In this document: in pieces, positions 50,820 to 63,454 of the stretch | Numbering within the stretch: the first letter of the stretch is position 1 | How the letters are laid out: every line of letters begins with the position of its first letter | Origin: Chiloscyllium plagiosum | Lineage: Eukaryota | Length of the DNA stretch: 64,000 bases | Assembly: GCF_004010195.1 (NCBI RefSeq) | Contig: NC_057718.1 | Location: 34,933,376 to 34,997,375 of the forward strand | Direction of reading: 5' to 3' | Program-made: the position numbers and the translations under genes | Notes under the pieces: model-generated | Seen by the model: only the letters and a program-made list of their open reading frames with translations | Told to the model about the DNA's origin: nothing | The model's database searches: none

Positions 50820-51421
50820 TGATGAGAAAGTGAGGTCTGCAGATGCTGGAGATCAAAGTTGAAACTTTATTGCTGGAACAGCACAGCAGGTCAGGCAGCA
50901 TCCAGGGAACAGGAGATTCGACGTTTCGGGCACAGGCCCTTCTTCAGGAATGAGCAGAGAGTGTTCAGCAGGAGAAGATAAAAGGTAGGGAGGAGGGACT
51001 TGGAGGAGGGGAGTTGGAAATGTGATAGGTGGAAAGAGGTCAAGGTGAGGGTGATAGGTCGGAGTAGGGTGGAGGCGGAGAGGTCAAGAAGAAGACTGCA
51101 GGTCAGGAAGGCGGTGCCGGGCTGGAAGGATCCGGCTGAGACAAGGTGGGGGGAGGGGGGATGAAGAAACTGGTGAAGTCCAAGTTCACCCCCTGCGGTT
51201 GGAGGGTTCCCAGTCGGAAGATAAGACGCTCCTCCTCCGACCGTCGGGTTGTTGTGGTTTGGCGGTGGATGAGTCCACTGACCTGCATATCCTCGGTGGA
51301 GTGGGAGGGGGAGTTGAAATGCTGTGCCACAGGTTGGTTGGGTTGGTTCGTCCGGGTGGCCCAGAGGTGCTCCCTGAATCGCTCCGCAAGTAGGCGGCCT
51401 GTCTCCCCAATATAGAGGAGG
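50820..51421 (-). mobile_element. young Penelope-like element (family A), 5'-truncated: GIY-YIG endonuclease end plus terminal repeat
   Basis: LYIGETGRLLAERFREHL..PVAQHFNSPSHS..RRSEEERLIFRLGTLQPQGVNLDF; TSD CAACATCTT (50811-50819, 51422-51430). Confidence 0.95.
50916..50951 (-). ncRNA. minimal type I hammerhead ribozyme motif
   Basis: attc CTGAAGA a gggc-ctgt-gccc GAAA cg TC gaat: perfect stems I and II, palindromic ACGT stem III. Confidence 0.8.
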
Positions 51422-51489
51422 CAACATCTTCCCCTCCTATCTGATACCAATGACTCCCTCACTTGAATACAATTCTATGGGGTGCAGCA

Positions 51490-51790
51490 GACCTCAGTAT
51501 CATGCTAAAGTGTCATTATTCATGAGTCAGTCTTGAAAGGAGACTATCAGACTGTGAAGGACGTATAAGGCTCAGTTGTGTTCTCATGCAGCACTAACAT
51601 ACGTTTTCAGTATGAGTCTCTGTATAGCAATCAGAAGTGAAAACTATGACTAATTCCCCTTTCCTTAACCCAGGGGCAACTACAGTCAGATGTAGAACCC
51701 AACAGCTGCATGAACTGAGATCAACTAACTGAGCAGAGACTTGGGATTCTGTTCCTTTCTGTATAAGTAGAAGTTGAAATAGCCTACTTC
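51490..51790 (-). mobile_element. ancient tRNA-derived SINE (resembles what I recall as AmnSINE2-type)
   Basis: minus strand TCTCTGCTCAGTTAGTTGATCTCAG..TGCCCCTGGGTTAAGGAAAGGGGAATTAGTCA..CTGATTGCTAT. Confidence 0.5.
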
Positions 51791-53091
51791 TAAATAATCT
51801 GCTATTGGTTTTTGAATCCAAACTGAATCTGAATGCTCATCCTTCATGTCATCTGCACTGCTACATATATAGATTCCAGACTGTGTTGCATGATGTTCGT
51901 CAATAAATAGCACTGAACGGCAACCTCCAACACCATTTTAAAATAGACAGTATTCATTTCGTCTGCATATCCGAGATGCCTTTTCTGCATATTAGCTGAG
52001 ATGATAGAGGCAAAGCTGTCTGCAAGTCATTCACTCAACATTCATTCATCAAATAGCACCTCTGTGAACATGCTTTAAATTGCAAAAAAGGAATAATAAT
52101 AAACACTTCACTACAAACACACTTTGGAATTGATAGTGTGTGTCTTATTTTCTTAATGAGAGCATGGAAAACTAATATTTTGTCAAGATTTGGCCTTTTC
52201 TGGAGTCGTGAGAGAGGGGAAGATGACAAGAGGACAGTTTAATCTATGAATAAAATGTGTGCACTTAACAAGGAACTGTACCACAAATGGCCAGGTTCCA
52301 ATATGATTCACCAGGGCATTTCTCTTATTACCTTTATTTATTTTATTCTAGGGTTACACATTTCTCAGACTGTGGGCCAGGACCAGCAGATGTAACACAC
52401 TGTTCACACATATTGGCTCAGAGGATGGGATAAAGCATTCCATAATACATCATAACACACATCATTCCTTGTGTTGAGCTCATAAGCTGTGACAGCTGCA
52501 GTTGTGGTACAATTTCAAACTGACAAATTCAGAATAGGCCAACCATAGAAACTTGCTAAGTTTGACAAATATACTTACTTATATATATGTAGGTTTTGAC
52601 AGATGCAAGAAGATACAAGTTTAGCATCAATATTTATGGACTCAGTCCTAGTTTAGAAGAACTCAAAAAACATGTTTAAGAGTTGAGCTGTTTAAAAGAA
52701 ACTGAAAAAGCGCAAAACTAAAAATTCTTCTGTATATTCTATATGGAGCTGAATAATGCTTTACTGAGACAAAATGCCTGCAAGAGCAATTTGGATGAAT
52801 TAAATTGTTTCCGAATGGCTCAAAAGTTTTAACTGAAGGACTGTTCTAGGGAGGACAAGCTAAATGTTTCATTGACATTCTGGAACTCTCCTTGAAGAAG
52901 GACAGCATTGAAACCTGGAGGAACTGGCTACCAATCTTTCAAAATGGTGACAACTTGTCCATTAAGCTGTATCATACTATGAGCGCAGTGTTTCAATGAA
53001 GAGGTAAGGTGATGGTATGGTTAATCCTGCACTCCAGATCTCAATATCTTGTGGGGTGGTTTGCCCATATACCTTGACATCTCAGAATTAG

Positions 53092-53297
53092 TAGTGCAAA
53101 AGTGAGGACTGCAGATGCTGGAGATTAGAGTCAAGAGTATGGTGCTGGAAAAGCACAACAGGTCAGGCAGTATCCAAGTAACAGGAGAGTTGACATTATG
53201 GGCAAAACCCTTCTTCAGAACTTTTGCCCGAAATCTCGACTCTCCTGCTCCTTGGATGCTGCCTGACCTGCTGTGCTTTTTCAGCACCACACTCTTG
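53092..53297. mobile_element. palindromic PLE derivative with TSD
   Basis: inverted arms; TSD ATCTCAGAATTAG (53079-53091) / ATCTCAGAATCAG (53298-53310). Confidence 0.92.
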
Positions 53298-55305
53298 ATC
53301 TCAGAATCAGGCATTGACCCGACCAGTCACAGGAAGAGCCACAGCAGAAAGTCATGGCCCCGAGTCAAACATCATCCTCAAATCAAACGGCAGCTGATGA
53401 TGAAGGCTCTATTTGAAATTTAACCACTGGAAGATGATCTCTAAAGCAGATATTCTTGTTTAGCAGATTGCATTATGACAAATTACAATACATTGTTAAT
53501 TATTAAATTAAAGATGTAACTTTAGAGGAATTATTAATCCAAGAGCACCAGCAAATTAGCCAAATTACAAAATCCTGTTTCTTGTTTTTTTCCCTTTTAG
53601 GGGTCTAACCAAATGACTGTGCCTTTCTTTAGTCCTACTTTAGTCCAATATATCTAACGTAGTTATAAAATTTCTGAATGACACAACCAGACAATTATAT
53701 TATTTTTAACACTTTAGGCCAGCAGGGTAATAACCATGTAAAGATATTACATAATAAAGCACTCTTAAGGATTCAGTCTTGGCAGTTCAATGGTTAAAAA
53801 TAACTAAATTAAGATGAAAATACTGCAGCAGTTGGAAATCTGACATAAAAACAGACAGTACTGGAAAATCAGTGGATCTGGTTACATCTACACAGATACA
53901 CACAATACTAATGTTGCCTGTCTGATATAACTCTCCTTCAGTTCTGAAAAGAGGTTTGATTAGAGGGTTTTGGAGATAAGGTGGTCTGCAGAATGACATA
54001 ACTGCTAATGGAAGACTGCTAATGTTAATGGTCAACTTTAGGTAGCAGACTTCATAATCCAATACTTGATACAGGCAGCTATTTTCTTTCCAAGGCAGTA
54101 TTGAATTTTGACTAACTGACTGATCAATGGAACTTGACTAGGTAGACATTGGACCAGGAGGCTGAGATATTTCCCATTTACTTATAAATAGCCCTGCAAG
54201 TTAAGGTTGTAATAACTGGGGGCAATTGATGAACAGCCACAAACCTGCCAGAGACCTGTGCTGCCAAATTATATGGTAATAGTTATCAAATTCCAGAAGT
54301 ACCTCTGCAAATATATGTTAGTTCTAAACCCGCAAATGACACCAATTTGTAGCTAAACTTTCAGAATGTGGATAATCTGGTTGTGGCCTTACAGTGTGAA
54401 CTCCAGGATAACAGAGGTCCAAATCTCATAGTGGTTTTGAGCAATATGGGCTACAATGGGATGTTGGGCAGAATTGGGTATGAGCTACAGTGAGGCCCAT
54501 CTTGATGTTGGGTGCATCTCACTCCATCTTTTATGTTTTTCACAACTGGTGTTGTGTATTTCTCACTAGGTAGTATCAAAGTGCCAGTTGACAATGATTA
54601 TTGCGTTTCAATGCCTGGTTAAGGGCACAACTCGCCTCATCAATATTCCGCCTCACATCTTACTAATCTCTCCAAAAGGCTCGACTTTGGGCAAATGCAA
54701 CAAGGAAACCACTATGAGTCTTCAAATCCTGTCTTCAACTCATTGGTTGCTCCTGACAACTCAGCAGGCATCAACATCTCAAGACATGTCCCATGGACAT
54801 TGGCATCAAACATGTGCCAGTCTCTAAGAACACTCATGACATATCTCTGACCCATTGTTAGGGTGCTTCTTCAGTTCAATACTGCATATTGGGCTGCAAC
54901 AGCAACTATTATTACAATGCTGCAGCAAGAATACTGTGTGGTCAGAGGTATCCTCCTAGTTCATGGACTGGATTACTGGATCCAGCCCCTTTGCCTTCTC
55001 TCATAGTACTAACCCACTCTGAGTCTACCTAGTTAGTTTGCATTGTCTTGTCTTGTCTTTTTCAGCTTTGCCCCCTTGGCCAGAGATATAAGTCTCATGT
55101 TACTGCAGTCCTCAGTCAAGTCAAGGGGGATAATCTTCACTCAAGGTTTCCTAGCACAATATGTTAAAAGCAGCCTCCAATACCAGTCCAGGGCCTGCTC
55201 AGGACATATTTGTTGAGTGGCGAGTTACTCCAGGAACAGCATATTCTAGGATGGGACAAAATTCAGATGGGAGAAGTGTCATAGGGCAGGGTAGACAATT
55301 AATAA

Positions 55306-56221
55306 TGTGAAAGCGAGGACTGCAGATGCTGGAGATCAGAGTCGAGAGTGGGTGGTGGAAAAGCACAGCAGGTCAGGTAGCATCCAAGGAGCAGGAAAAT
55401 TGACATTTCGGGCAAGAGCCCTTCATTGAGAATGAGGCTTGTGAGCTGAGGGGGGCTGAGATAAATGGGAGGAGGTTGGAGCTGGGATAAGGTGGGGGGA
55501 CGGTAAATGAGGAACTGGTGAAATCCACATAGATGCTGTGTGGTTGGAGGGTCCCAAGGCGGAAGATGAGGTGTACTTCCTACAGGTGTTGGGTGGTGAG
55601 GGAGTGGCAATGGAGGAGGCAGAGGACCTGCATGTCCTTGGCGGAGTGGGAGGGGACATTGAAGTGTTCAACCACGGGGCGTTGGTGTTGGTTGATGTGG
55701 GTGTCCTAGAGATGTTCTCTGAAGTGCTCTGCAAGTAGGCATCCTGTCTCCCCAATGTAGAGGAGACTGTATCAGGAGCAACTGTTTTAGTAAATGACAT
55801 GTGTGGAAGTGCAGGTAAAACTGTGTTGGATGTGGAAGGCTCCTTTGGGACTTTGGACAGAGGTGAGGTGCAGGTTTTGCAATTCCGGCAGTTGTAGGGG
55901 AAGATGATGGGAGGAGAGGGCGGATTGGTGGTGGGGGCGGGAGCGGTGGTGGTCGTGGACCTAACAAGAGAGTCATGGAGGGAATGGTCTTTACAGAAAG
56001 CAGATAAGGAGGGGAGGGAAATATACCTCTGGTGGTGGGGTCCGTTTGTAGGTGGCAGAAATTTTGGAGGATGATACAATGTATATGGAGGTTGGTGAGG
56101 TGGAATGTGAGGACCAGAGGGTTTCTGTCCTTGCTGTGATCGGAGGGGTGGGGTTCGAGGACAGAGGTGCGGGAAGTGGATGAGATGCGCTGGAGAGCAT
56201 CATCGATAAAATGGGAGAGGA
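55306..56221 (-). mobile_element. Penelope-like element (family A), longer decayed 3' part
   Basis: linker with C..RNCKTC, GIY-YIG remnant, terminal repeat; TSD AATTAATAA (55297-55305, 56222-56230). Confidence 0.92.
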
Positions 56222-56458
56222 AATTAATAAGTTGAGTTCAGTAAGATAAGGCAAAAGAACGCAATAGGCCTTGAAGCAAGAAACACTTCAAAAAACTCAA
56301 TGCAACTCAGACTTAGCTGAAACAAGACTGAGCCTGAAATCCTATTTGGATAGACATCTTAGTAATTTGAACTGGAGCTTTTTAAACATGGCGATAGCTT
56401 AATGCACATCAGACAAATGTTTGAACAAAAACCAAATGTTGATGGGAAGTGGGTTTCC

Positions 56459-56686
56459 ATTTGGAGTTCCAATCACAATGGGTTTCAGCCAAGCAAACAG
56501 GAGTGGTGAGAATTGTCAGGCAAGTTCACATGTTCCAACTTTACGTACTTATTACTGAGTAGTTACAAAATGGGTTTGGCAGAGCGTAGAATGTGACACC
56601 TGCCTGCTCCTGGAACTCAGTGATTCATAAAATTTGTCAAAACATTTCATAAGGTTCTGAAAACTTTGTGAAAGAGAGAAACATGT
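56459..56686 (+). repeat. left arm of a long-spaced inverted repeat (partner 59597-59825)
   Basis: e.g. AATGGGTTTGGCAGAG..CCTGCCTGCTCCTG..ATTTGTCAAAAC..AAGGTTCTGAAAACTT..GAAAGAGAGAAAC matches the reverse complement of the partner. Confidence 0.9.
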
Positions 56687-59596
56687 AGGGGCTTGGTAGG
56701 TAAGTAATCAGGCAGAGTGGTAAGAATCAGTAAGAAAACTCATTAGGCCTCATGGTGACAAGGTCTCTTAAAAAAAACCTCAACGCACCTCAGATTTAGT
56801 CAAAACAATGTAAGATTCAGCTCATAGTGTTTGTTGCCAGAACCTGCATTACGCAATGACTGGCTATGAAGGATGATCTTATTTTCCTGTATGCAAAGAT
56901 TTGGGACTGATTTGCTGATGATTAGTTAGAGACATGACTCGATAGTAGAACCACATAGAACGAGTTAGATAATATAATTGAGATTGGAGTAATTTGTGTT
57001 TATTGTTTATTTTTAGCACAAATCTGATACTTGTGAGTTTGTTTTATCATTGTGTGCTATAAAGTGCACAGGAAATTGAAAAAAAAGCAATAAAAACAAT
57101 TAATTAAAACTTCGTTGAAAGATTTAAACTAGCCATTTTTTTTAAGATGTACTATTGGAACAGGAGCTTTAGGGCTGATAGTGTTCCTGTATTTCCAAAC
57201 AAGGGATGTTCGCGACATAATGGACATTACTGCAATATCCAGTCCATCAAAACAGAATTACGATAACAGTATATTTGTCATTTGTCAAAGAATAACACTA
57301 TTGAGTTTGTAAAGTAGTCATTATTTTCTGGTCTGTTCATAAATAAGTTTAAATGAGTGAGGAGGAAATCACTGCACTTTTGAATTCATTGATTGCAACA
57401 AGAACGCATTGCTAAAAGAAAGGTTACCACAGAATGGTTACAAGCCAGAAATTGAAAAGATGTTTGCCCAGGTCTGTCCAAGATTTCCTGTATGCAAATC
57501 ATAAATACTAGAAATCCAAGATCATTCTAGAGACACAGTGTACTGAAGAGCTCCACCTTCATTGTGCTGCACATTCATCAATATGTCAATAGTTTTCTCA
57601 GCTATGTACCCTGCTGGTAACATGACATTCATTGTAGTGCTGGTGGGCTTTAATGTTAAGGTTTCTGCTTATTTCTTAGCTATAATTCTCCGCAATAGTT
57701 CAGCTCCCTCAATTCCTGCTTAGATTCTGCTATGCTTTCATTGCTGACTTTTCAGAATCCCAAGAGACTAATGGACACATGATGAAACCCAAAGGTATTT
57801 TCAAATAAATCTCTAATTGACCGATTAATATATAGCCCTTGACAACTTGTGCCTCTGCAACAGATGGCATGCCTGCAGCCTGTGTGCTTATGTGAGTTGA
57901 AGCTTGTGGGTTTCCAAAGACCTAGGAGACTGGCAACTAAATGGTGATTGGAACTGTCAATTCTGGCAGGTAAGTTTTCTTCCAGTGCTGCTTTTGGAAT
58001 GGGAAGTTTCTATAGTGCATTACCTATGGTTCCTAAGTCTTCCCACCCATGATGGTACTTAAGCCCCACTTACAATTGACACTATAGGTCGAATTCAAGG
58101 GATTTGTCCTCCAGTGAACTGCCACCCATGATGTTTTTCCCCTCCCACCTACGATCTTCACTCCCCTCCTCTATCTACCACTGATCTTCACACCCGACAG
58201 CTGGTTAACTTATCAGTCTGAATGCCAGTGATCAGGAGAAGCAAAATCAAATGAGATAATGTCATTAAATTTGAGAATATCTCCACTCTCCTCAGCTTTC
58301 TAGGTTTCAAAACTGCTAATCCCATTCTCTGTCTATCAATAGAAGATGTGTAATGGTCCCTTTGTTTATTTACGTGGACTCAATTTGACAGCACATCGTA
58401 AATTGCGCTTTTGAATAAATTGATTTTGTTTGCGGTATGCTCGCAATACCAGAAAATTCAAGACATTAAAAAATCCAAATGTTGACAAAGTGATGTTTGT
58501 ATTACTGAAATCAATTGGCATTTTTGATGGTTCTTTAACAAAACATACAAGGTTATGAGACTATGTGGTGCCATGTATTATTGCCCATTCACTGTTATTG
58601 GCAGATGCAAGGTTTTCTCACAGTCAACAACTCTTCCAAGCACAAGAAAACATAAAAGACTTTCAAAATTTTTGTGGGTCTTGCAATGTGCTGTCAGAAT
58701 TTAATATTCTAGTTTCCTTAACATGCAGAGCCAGCTCAATGCCATTTCTGCATCATGGCATAAATATGCAGACACACAGAACTCTCTATTAATTCATCCA
58801 TATTCCATTGGTCCCTTATGTTGACATAATACAGGATTGTTAAAGTTCATGTTTGCATATGGTATCATTTAACCCCGCCTACGTTTACTGAAAATGACTT
58901 AGTTTTCTGCTGTGATATACCTCTTTAATTGAATGATATTTGCTGAGAGCATCATAGGGGCTCGTTCTAAATGGGTGGCCATAGATGATTATGCAAGTCA
59001 GGAAGGCAGACAGGGCAAATAGGGAACTGCATGGCTCTAGTTTCGTGCCATGCTACCTGCATACATGCACTAAAGTTAATCTTACACTGTTTTTGTCATC
59101 AAAGATCCTAAGTTCCATGAATTCAGACAAGCTCAGGTTGACATCAGGGAATATGGACATAATTCATAAATTGGCCTAAACTCACATCTGGCAGATTCAC
59201 TCAGGCACATTGGGAAAATTTGCAGGAGGTTCAAATTTAGCCTGAACACAGCAGGAAACTATTTTTTAAGGCTGGAGCTGGGTTTGGGACTGAGGCTGCA
59301 GCTGAAATATAATTACTGCAATACACATCTAATTCTGATCTTTTGCAATTATACCTAACCAGAGAATTCAGGAATCAGGAAGGTTAATGTGGGGAAAAAA
59401 ATCCAATTTTCAGTTAACACATTTCAATTGTACAAATAGTCCATTTTATAAAAAGATCAAATGTGGCTTAATGGTCGAGTTCGCCGCAAGGGTATTACAA
59501 TGGTGTGTCTGCGTGTGAATGCAGATAGATTATAATGAGTGGAATAGAAGGAGTTTCGTAATGCTTTCACAATAACCTGATAGCTCATTGTGTGAG

Positions 59597-59825
59597 ACAA
59601 GTTTCTCTCTTTCATGAAGTTTTCAGAACCTTGTGAAACGTTTTGACAAATGTTATAAATCACTAAACTTACAGGAGCAGGCAGATGTCTCATTCTGTTC
59701 TCTGCCAAACCCATGTTGTAACTGCTTAATAATAGATACATAAAACTGGGAAGAGTACACTTGCCTGACAATTCTCCCCATTCCTGTTCACTTTGCTGAA
59801 ACCCACTGTGGACGGAATTGCAAAT
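59597..59825 (-). repeat. right arm of the inverted repeat (partner 56459-56686)
   Basis: GTTTCTCTCTTTCATGAAGTTTTCAGAACCTTG..GTTTTGACAAATG..CAGGAGCAGGCAG..CTCTGCCAAACCCAT..CTTGCCTGACAATTCTC..GCTGAAACCCA. Confidence 0.9.
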
Positions 59826-59888
59826 CTCACCATGCGCTGTTCCCAGAACAACACACCCTGCATGCTTCCTGACATTTGCCCCTTTGGT

Positions 59889-60450
59889 ATGGCAAACAGG
59901 AGGAAATCAGTGCCATGCTTTGTGGGTCCGGACTGAGAGGACCTGCTGAATGTCGTGTTGCTGACATGGGACTGCCTGCTTCCCCCAGGACTAGCATGTG
60001 GAGCCATGACACCCGACCATGCCACTTCTGGTCTGTAGGTGCAATCCATAGGTCAATGCCCTTCTCTATTCCATCAGTGTAAGTGCCACCATCTCCTCTC
60101 CAATACCTCACACTGTCTCTACCACAGTGCCCATCTTCCACCAAAGCCAATGCTCTAATGCTCTCGCTATTGACCGCAACTTCCTCCCTCACTCTGCCAA
60201 TAGTCCCAATCTCTGCCACAACTAACCCCCTAACACCCCACTAATGCTACTTGTGCTGTTCGCTCACTTGCTTATGACACCTCCCCACCTGCACCAATAT
60301 TAATAGCTGTGGCACCCTCATCCATCTCCTGGAAAATCTGCCTCTTGCATTGCTGGAGGAAAACAGTCTCCAAAAGGGTAGGAAGAGTCAAGATGGGTGA
60401 TACCATTCCGCTCCTTGTCCGTCATGAGGAGAGGATCCTGACTCTGATCA
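59889..60450 (+). pseudogene. Harbinger Myb/SANT gene remnant
   Basis: MANRRKSVPCFVGPD*EDLLNVV..WDCLLP, then RKTVSKRVGRVKMGDTIPLLVRHEERILTLI, matching PRFSD.DLE.LL / R.KTGGG..LTP.EER.L. Confidence 0.65.
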
Positions 60451-61104
60451 TCCCAAACAGCTGACTGACCGTGTCCCAACCTTTGGATTCATATCAGAGT
60501 CCGCCCTTGACTTACTGTGCCAGGACCCCCAAGTGAAGGCTATCTTCCTTGACTTGATCAAGTCTTGCTGACGACAATGACAAGCTTTTTGGCCTAGTGT
60601 CCATACTAAACATCATGGCCAAACAACAGGGATGTGATCCTGGTATCTCTGCGAAGGCAAAATACAAAATAGCAAAACAAGGCAATGTGAGGCAGGGAGG
60701 CTGTGAGCACCCAGTAAGCTCTGATGAAAGTGAATGCTATGACAGCTGGCAAACAGGCTGGTGCAGTTCACGAGCGGGCTGTGTGTTTCTGAGTCCACAG
60801 CATCCTTAAAGCAACATTACAATAACAGATGGTTGTGCATCCCGAGATGCAACATTGAAGCTGGCATATGTTGGATGTACAACTCTGTGGACATGAGCTG
60901 GTGCCCATGGAGTGTGTCTTGACATGTCGATGTCCAGTGTCCAACAGGAAGACCATTCAGAGCAAACAGTGAGCTCAATCCACCAGCTGAGTGCTCTGAT
61001 TTCTTTGTCGGGTTTTTCCATTATCGAGCTTGTTTGGTCAGACGATTTGGACATTATGCACAGACAACAGAACACAGGGACTAACACCTTCAATATCTTA
61101 TCTG

Positions 61105-61400
61105 ACCTGACACCAATTGTTAAAGTTAACCTGAGAATGTAACTTTTAAAAAGAGTTTGTGATTTACATATGAAAGAAGTGAAACTATCATGGTCATTCT
61201 AACGATGAGAGACTTAACAAACAATCAAGGTATTTTTCAATGTATAATTTCAGTTACATCACACTGTAAACTTTTGCTATAAATTCTGTATCTTACAATT
61301 GTGCACCCCACAACCACCTGATGAAGGAGCAGTGCTCCAAAATCTAGTGCTTCCAATTAAACCTGTTGGACTATAACCTGGTGTTGTGTGATTTTTAACT
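61105..61400 (+). mobile_element. PLE family-B 3' UTR/terminal repeat with mutated hammerhead
   Basis: CACCTGATGAAGGAGCAGTGCTCCAAAATCTAGTG (GAAA box mutated), then CCAATTAAACCTGTTGGACTATAACCTGG. Confidence 0.88.
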
Positions 61401-62039
61401 TGGTCAGATGAGGCTGAGTATTAACCAGGGGGTGAGTAGTGCCATTAGCAAGATGTTTAACAAGTGGGATCCCCTCAAACTGGCATCTTGCCACTCACAG
61501 TCCTTTAGAAGATGCTGTAAGTTATTCCTGATGTCAAGATGGGCATCGCTACATTTTTTGCCCAATTATGGCATATATCTTACTACAGCCCACTTCACCC
61601 AGATCCCTATAAGCTTCCGCCCTGTTTCAGAAAGTAGTAATGCACACTTTTCCAATACTAGCTTCCAATATTACTTCATGGATTCGAATCTACCTATTAA
61701 CCATGTGCTGACAACATCTACTATGGTGCTGAGTGGCAATGCATATCACTCTGTAGATTAATCATTTGTAAGGTAATGAGAAAGAATACACTCCAGGACA
61801 GGCCGTATACAGTATTCAATGAATTGAAAACCTAAGCTATTCAACAGACTGGCAATATGCAATACTCATCAGACTAACAACAGACATGACAGTCAAGACA
61901 GATATGGCAAAATGCTCCTGGGCTGGCAGTATCTATGGAGTCAGCTTTCTCTAAGGAGTCAGTCTGATAAATGAAGAAGTACATTTAAGACGGCAATGGA
62001 TATTTTGGGGGCGAGTAGCAGAATGAGTTGTGAGTTGGC

Positions 62040-62340
62040 TTCAGTATAGAAAGCTGAGAGTGGGAGGAAAGGTTAATGATTCAGAATGGCAGAAGGTAGG
62101 TAGCTGCCATTCAACAAGAATCAGTTCTGGATTACTGCTGCTTACAGTTTACAATAACAATTTCGATTTTCAAAGACAAATACAATCCCTAAACTTGCAG
62201 ATGACATCAAACTAGGAGAGAGCCAACACTGAGGATGGCTGCAAGAATTTACGGAAATGTTTTAATAACCTCACAAAGTGGGCAAGAATTGGTCAATGTT
62301 GCTCAATACAGATAATTGCTAGTTAGTACATTTTGTTAGG
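62040..62340 (+). mobile_element. very decayed CR1 RT fragment
   Basis: KLADDIKLG-like motif, AAAGTGGGCAAGAATTGG. Confidence 0.6.
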
Positions 62341-62507
62341 ATGGATAGGTAGATCATATGCTAGTTGGAAGATATATGTTTAGCTGGAATAGAGGAGCAA
62401 AGCCATTTGAAGTTACACCATATGTCAGCAACTCGATAAAATGGCAAACTATTTTAGTCTGTAACCCAGTAATATGTCCTACTCTACAGACTCATGATGC
62501 ACATTAT

Positions 62508-62649
62508 ATAAAAGCAAATTACTATGGATGCTGGAATCTGAAACCAAAAGCTCTGACAAAGGGTCAGTTAGACTCAAAACATCAGCTCTTTTCTCTCCTT
62601 ACAGATGCTGCCAGACCTGCTGAGATTTTCCAGCATTTTCTCTTTGGGT
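62508..62649. mobile_element. short rearranged PLE derivative with 16-bp TSD
   Basis: TSD TCATGATGCACATTAT (62492-62507) / TCATGATACACATTAT (62650-62665); GATGCTGGAATCTGAAACC joined to an inverted terminal repeat. Confidence 0.85.
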
Positions 62650-63097
62650 TCATGATACACATTATTCCACAATAAATCACATTTTTAAGACTAGTTGAAT
62701 GTATCTTATTTTCTGAGCATTGCACTGTATAGAAAATGCTTTGACATTGCTATGGGTTGGCAATCTAACTTTGTGAAATCTCAAATTAGTAAATTTGGCT
62801 AACAACAGCTAAATCTTGAACAATTTACTGATCAAGAAAGGACTTTTTTGTCCACAAATCCAACACAAATCACTTCTGACCTCATCAGGCTACTCCCTGA
62901 TATTGGAAGAACTTATCAATAAACTGATTGTACTCATTCTTTCTATTTATCAAGCACATCCTTCACTTTTTTTAAAATCCTATCATGTACTTGTTTTGAG
63001 TTATTGCACTTCATTCAACATCTCCTACAGTAAACTCAAACTTCTTTGCCTGCTGCATTATTCAGCTTACTCTAAAGAGTCAGTCTGATAAATGAAG

Positions 63098-63270
63098 AAG
63101 TATATTTAAGACTGCGATGGATATGTTCTTGAGTATCAAGTGGATCAAGGGTAACGGGGAGGGCGCAGGAGAATGGGGTTGAGAAATTTATCAGCCATGA
63201 CTGAATGGCAGTGCAGACTCGATGGGTTGAATGACCTAATTTCTGCTCCTATGTCTTATGGTCTTATGGA
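63098..63270 (+). mobile_element. CR1 3' tail (same family as the 37430-37582 tail)
   Basis: AGTATATTTAAGACTG..GAATGGGGTTGAGAAA..ATCAGCCATG..TATGTCTTATGGTCTTATG. Confidence 0.88.
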
Positions 63271-63454
63271 ACACTAAATAAGTAATGCTGCTTCATAATA
63301 ACTTGGATTATAGATTGCATACAATACCATATTTCTGACCACAGAACAGCATGTTAAAACAGTCCAACAAACATGAGCACAGTCATCATGAACTGGGTAT
63401 ATTAAGATGTCTAGTATGGATCAGAGATTGCACTCACATCTCTCATTGAGAAAC

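Noticed and set aside
51103..51462. Stand-alone GIY-YIG nuclease gene
   Set aside because: 5'-truncated PLE end bounded by a TSD; the apparent start lies in flanking DNA
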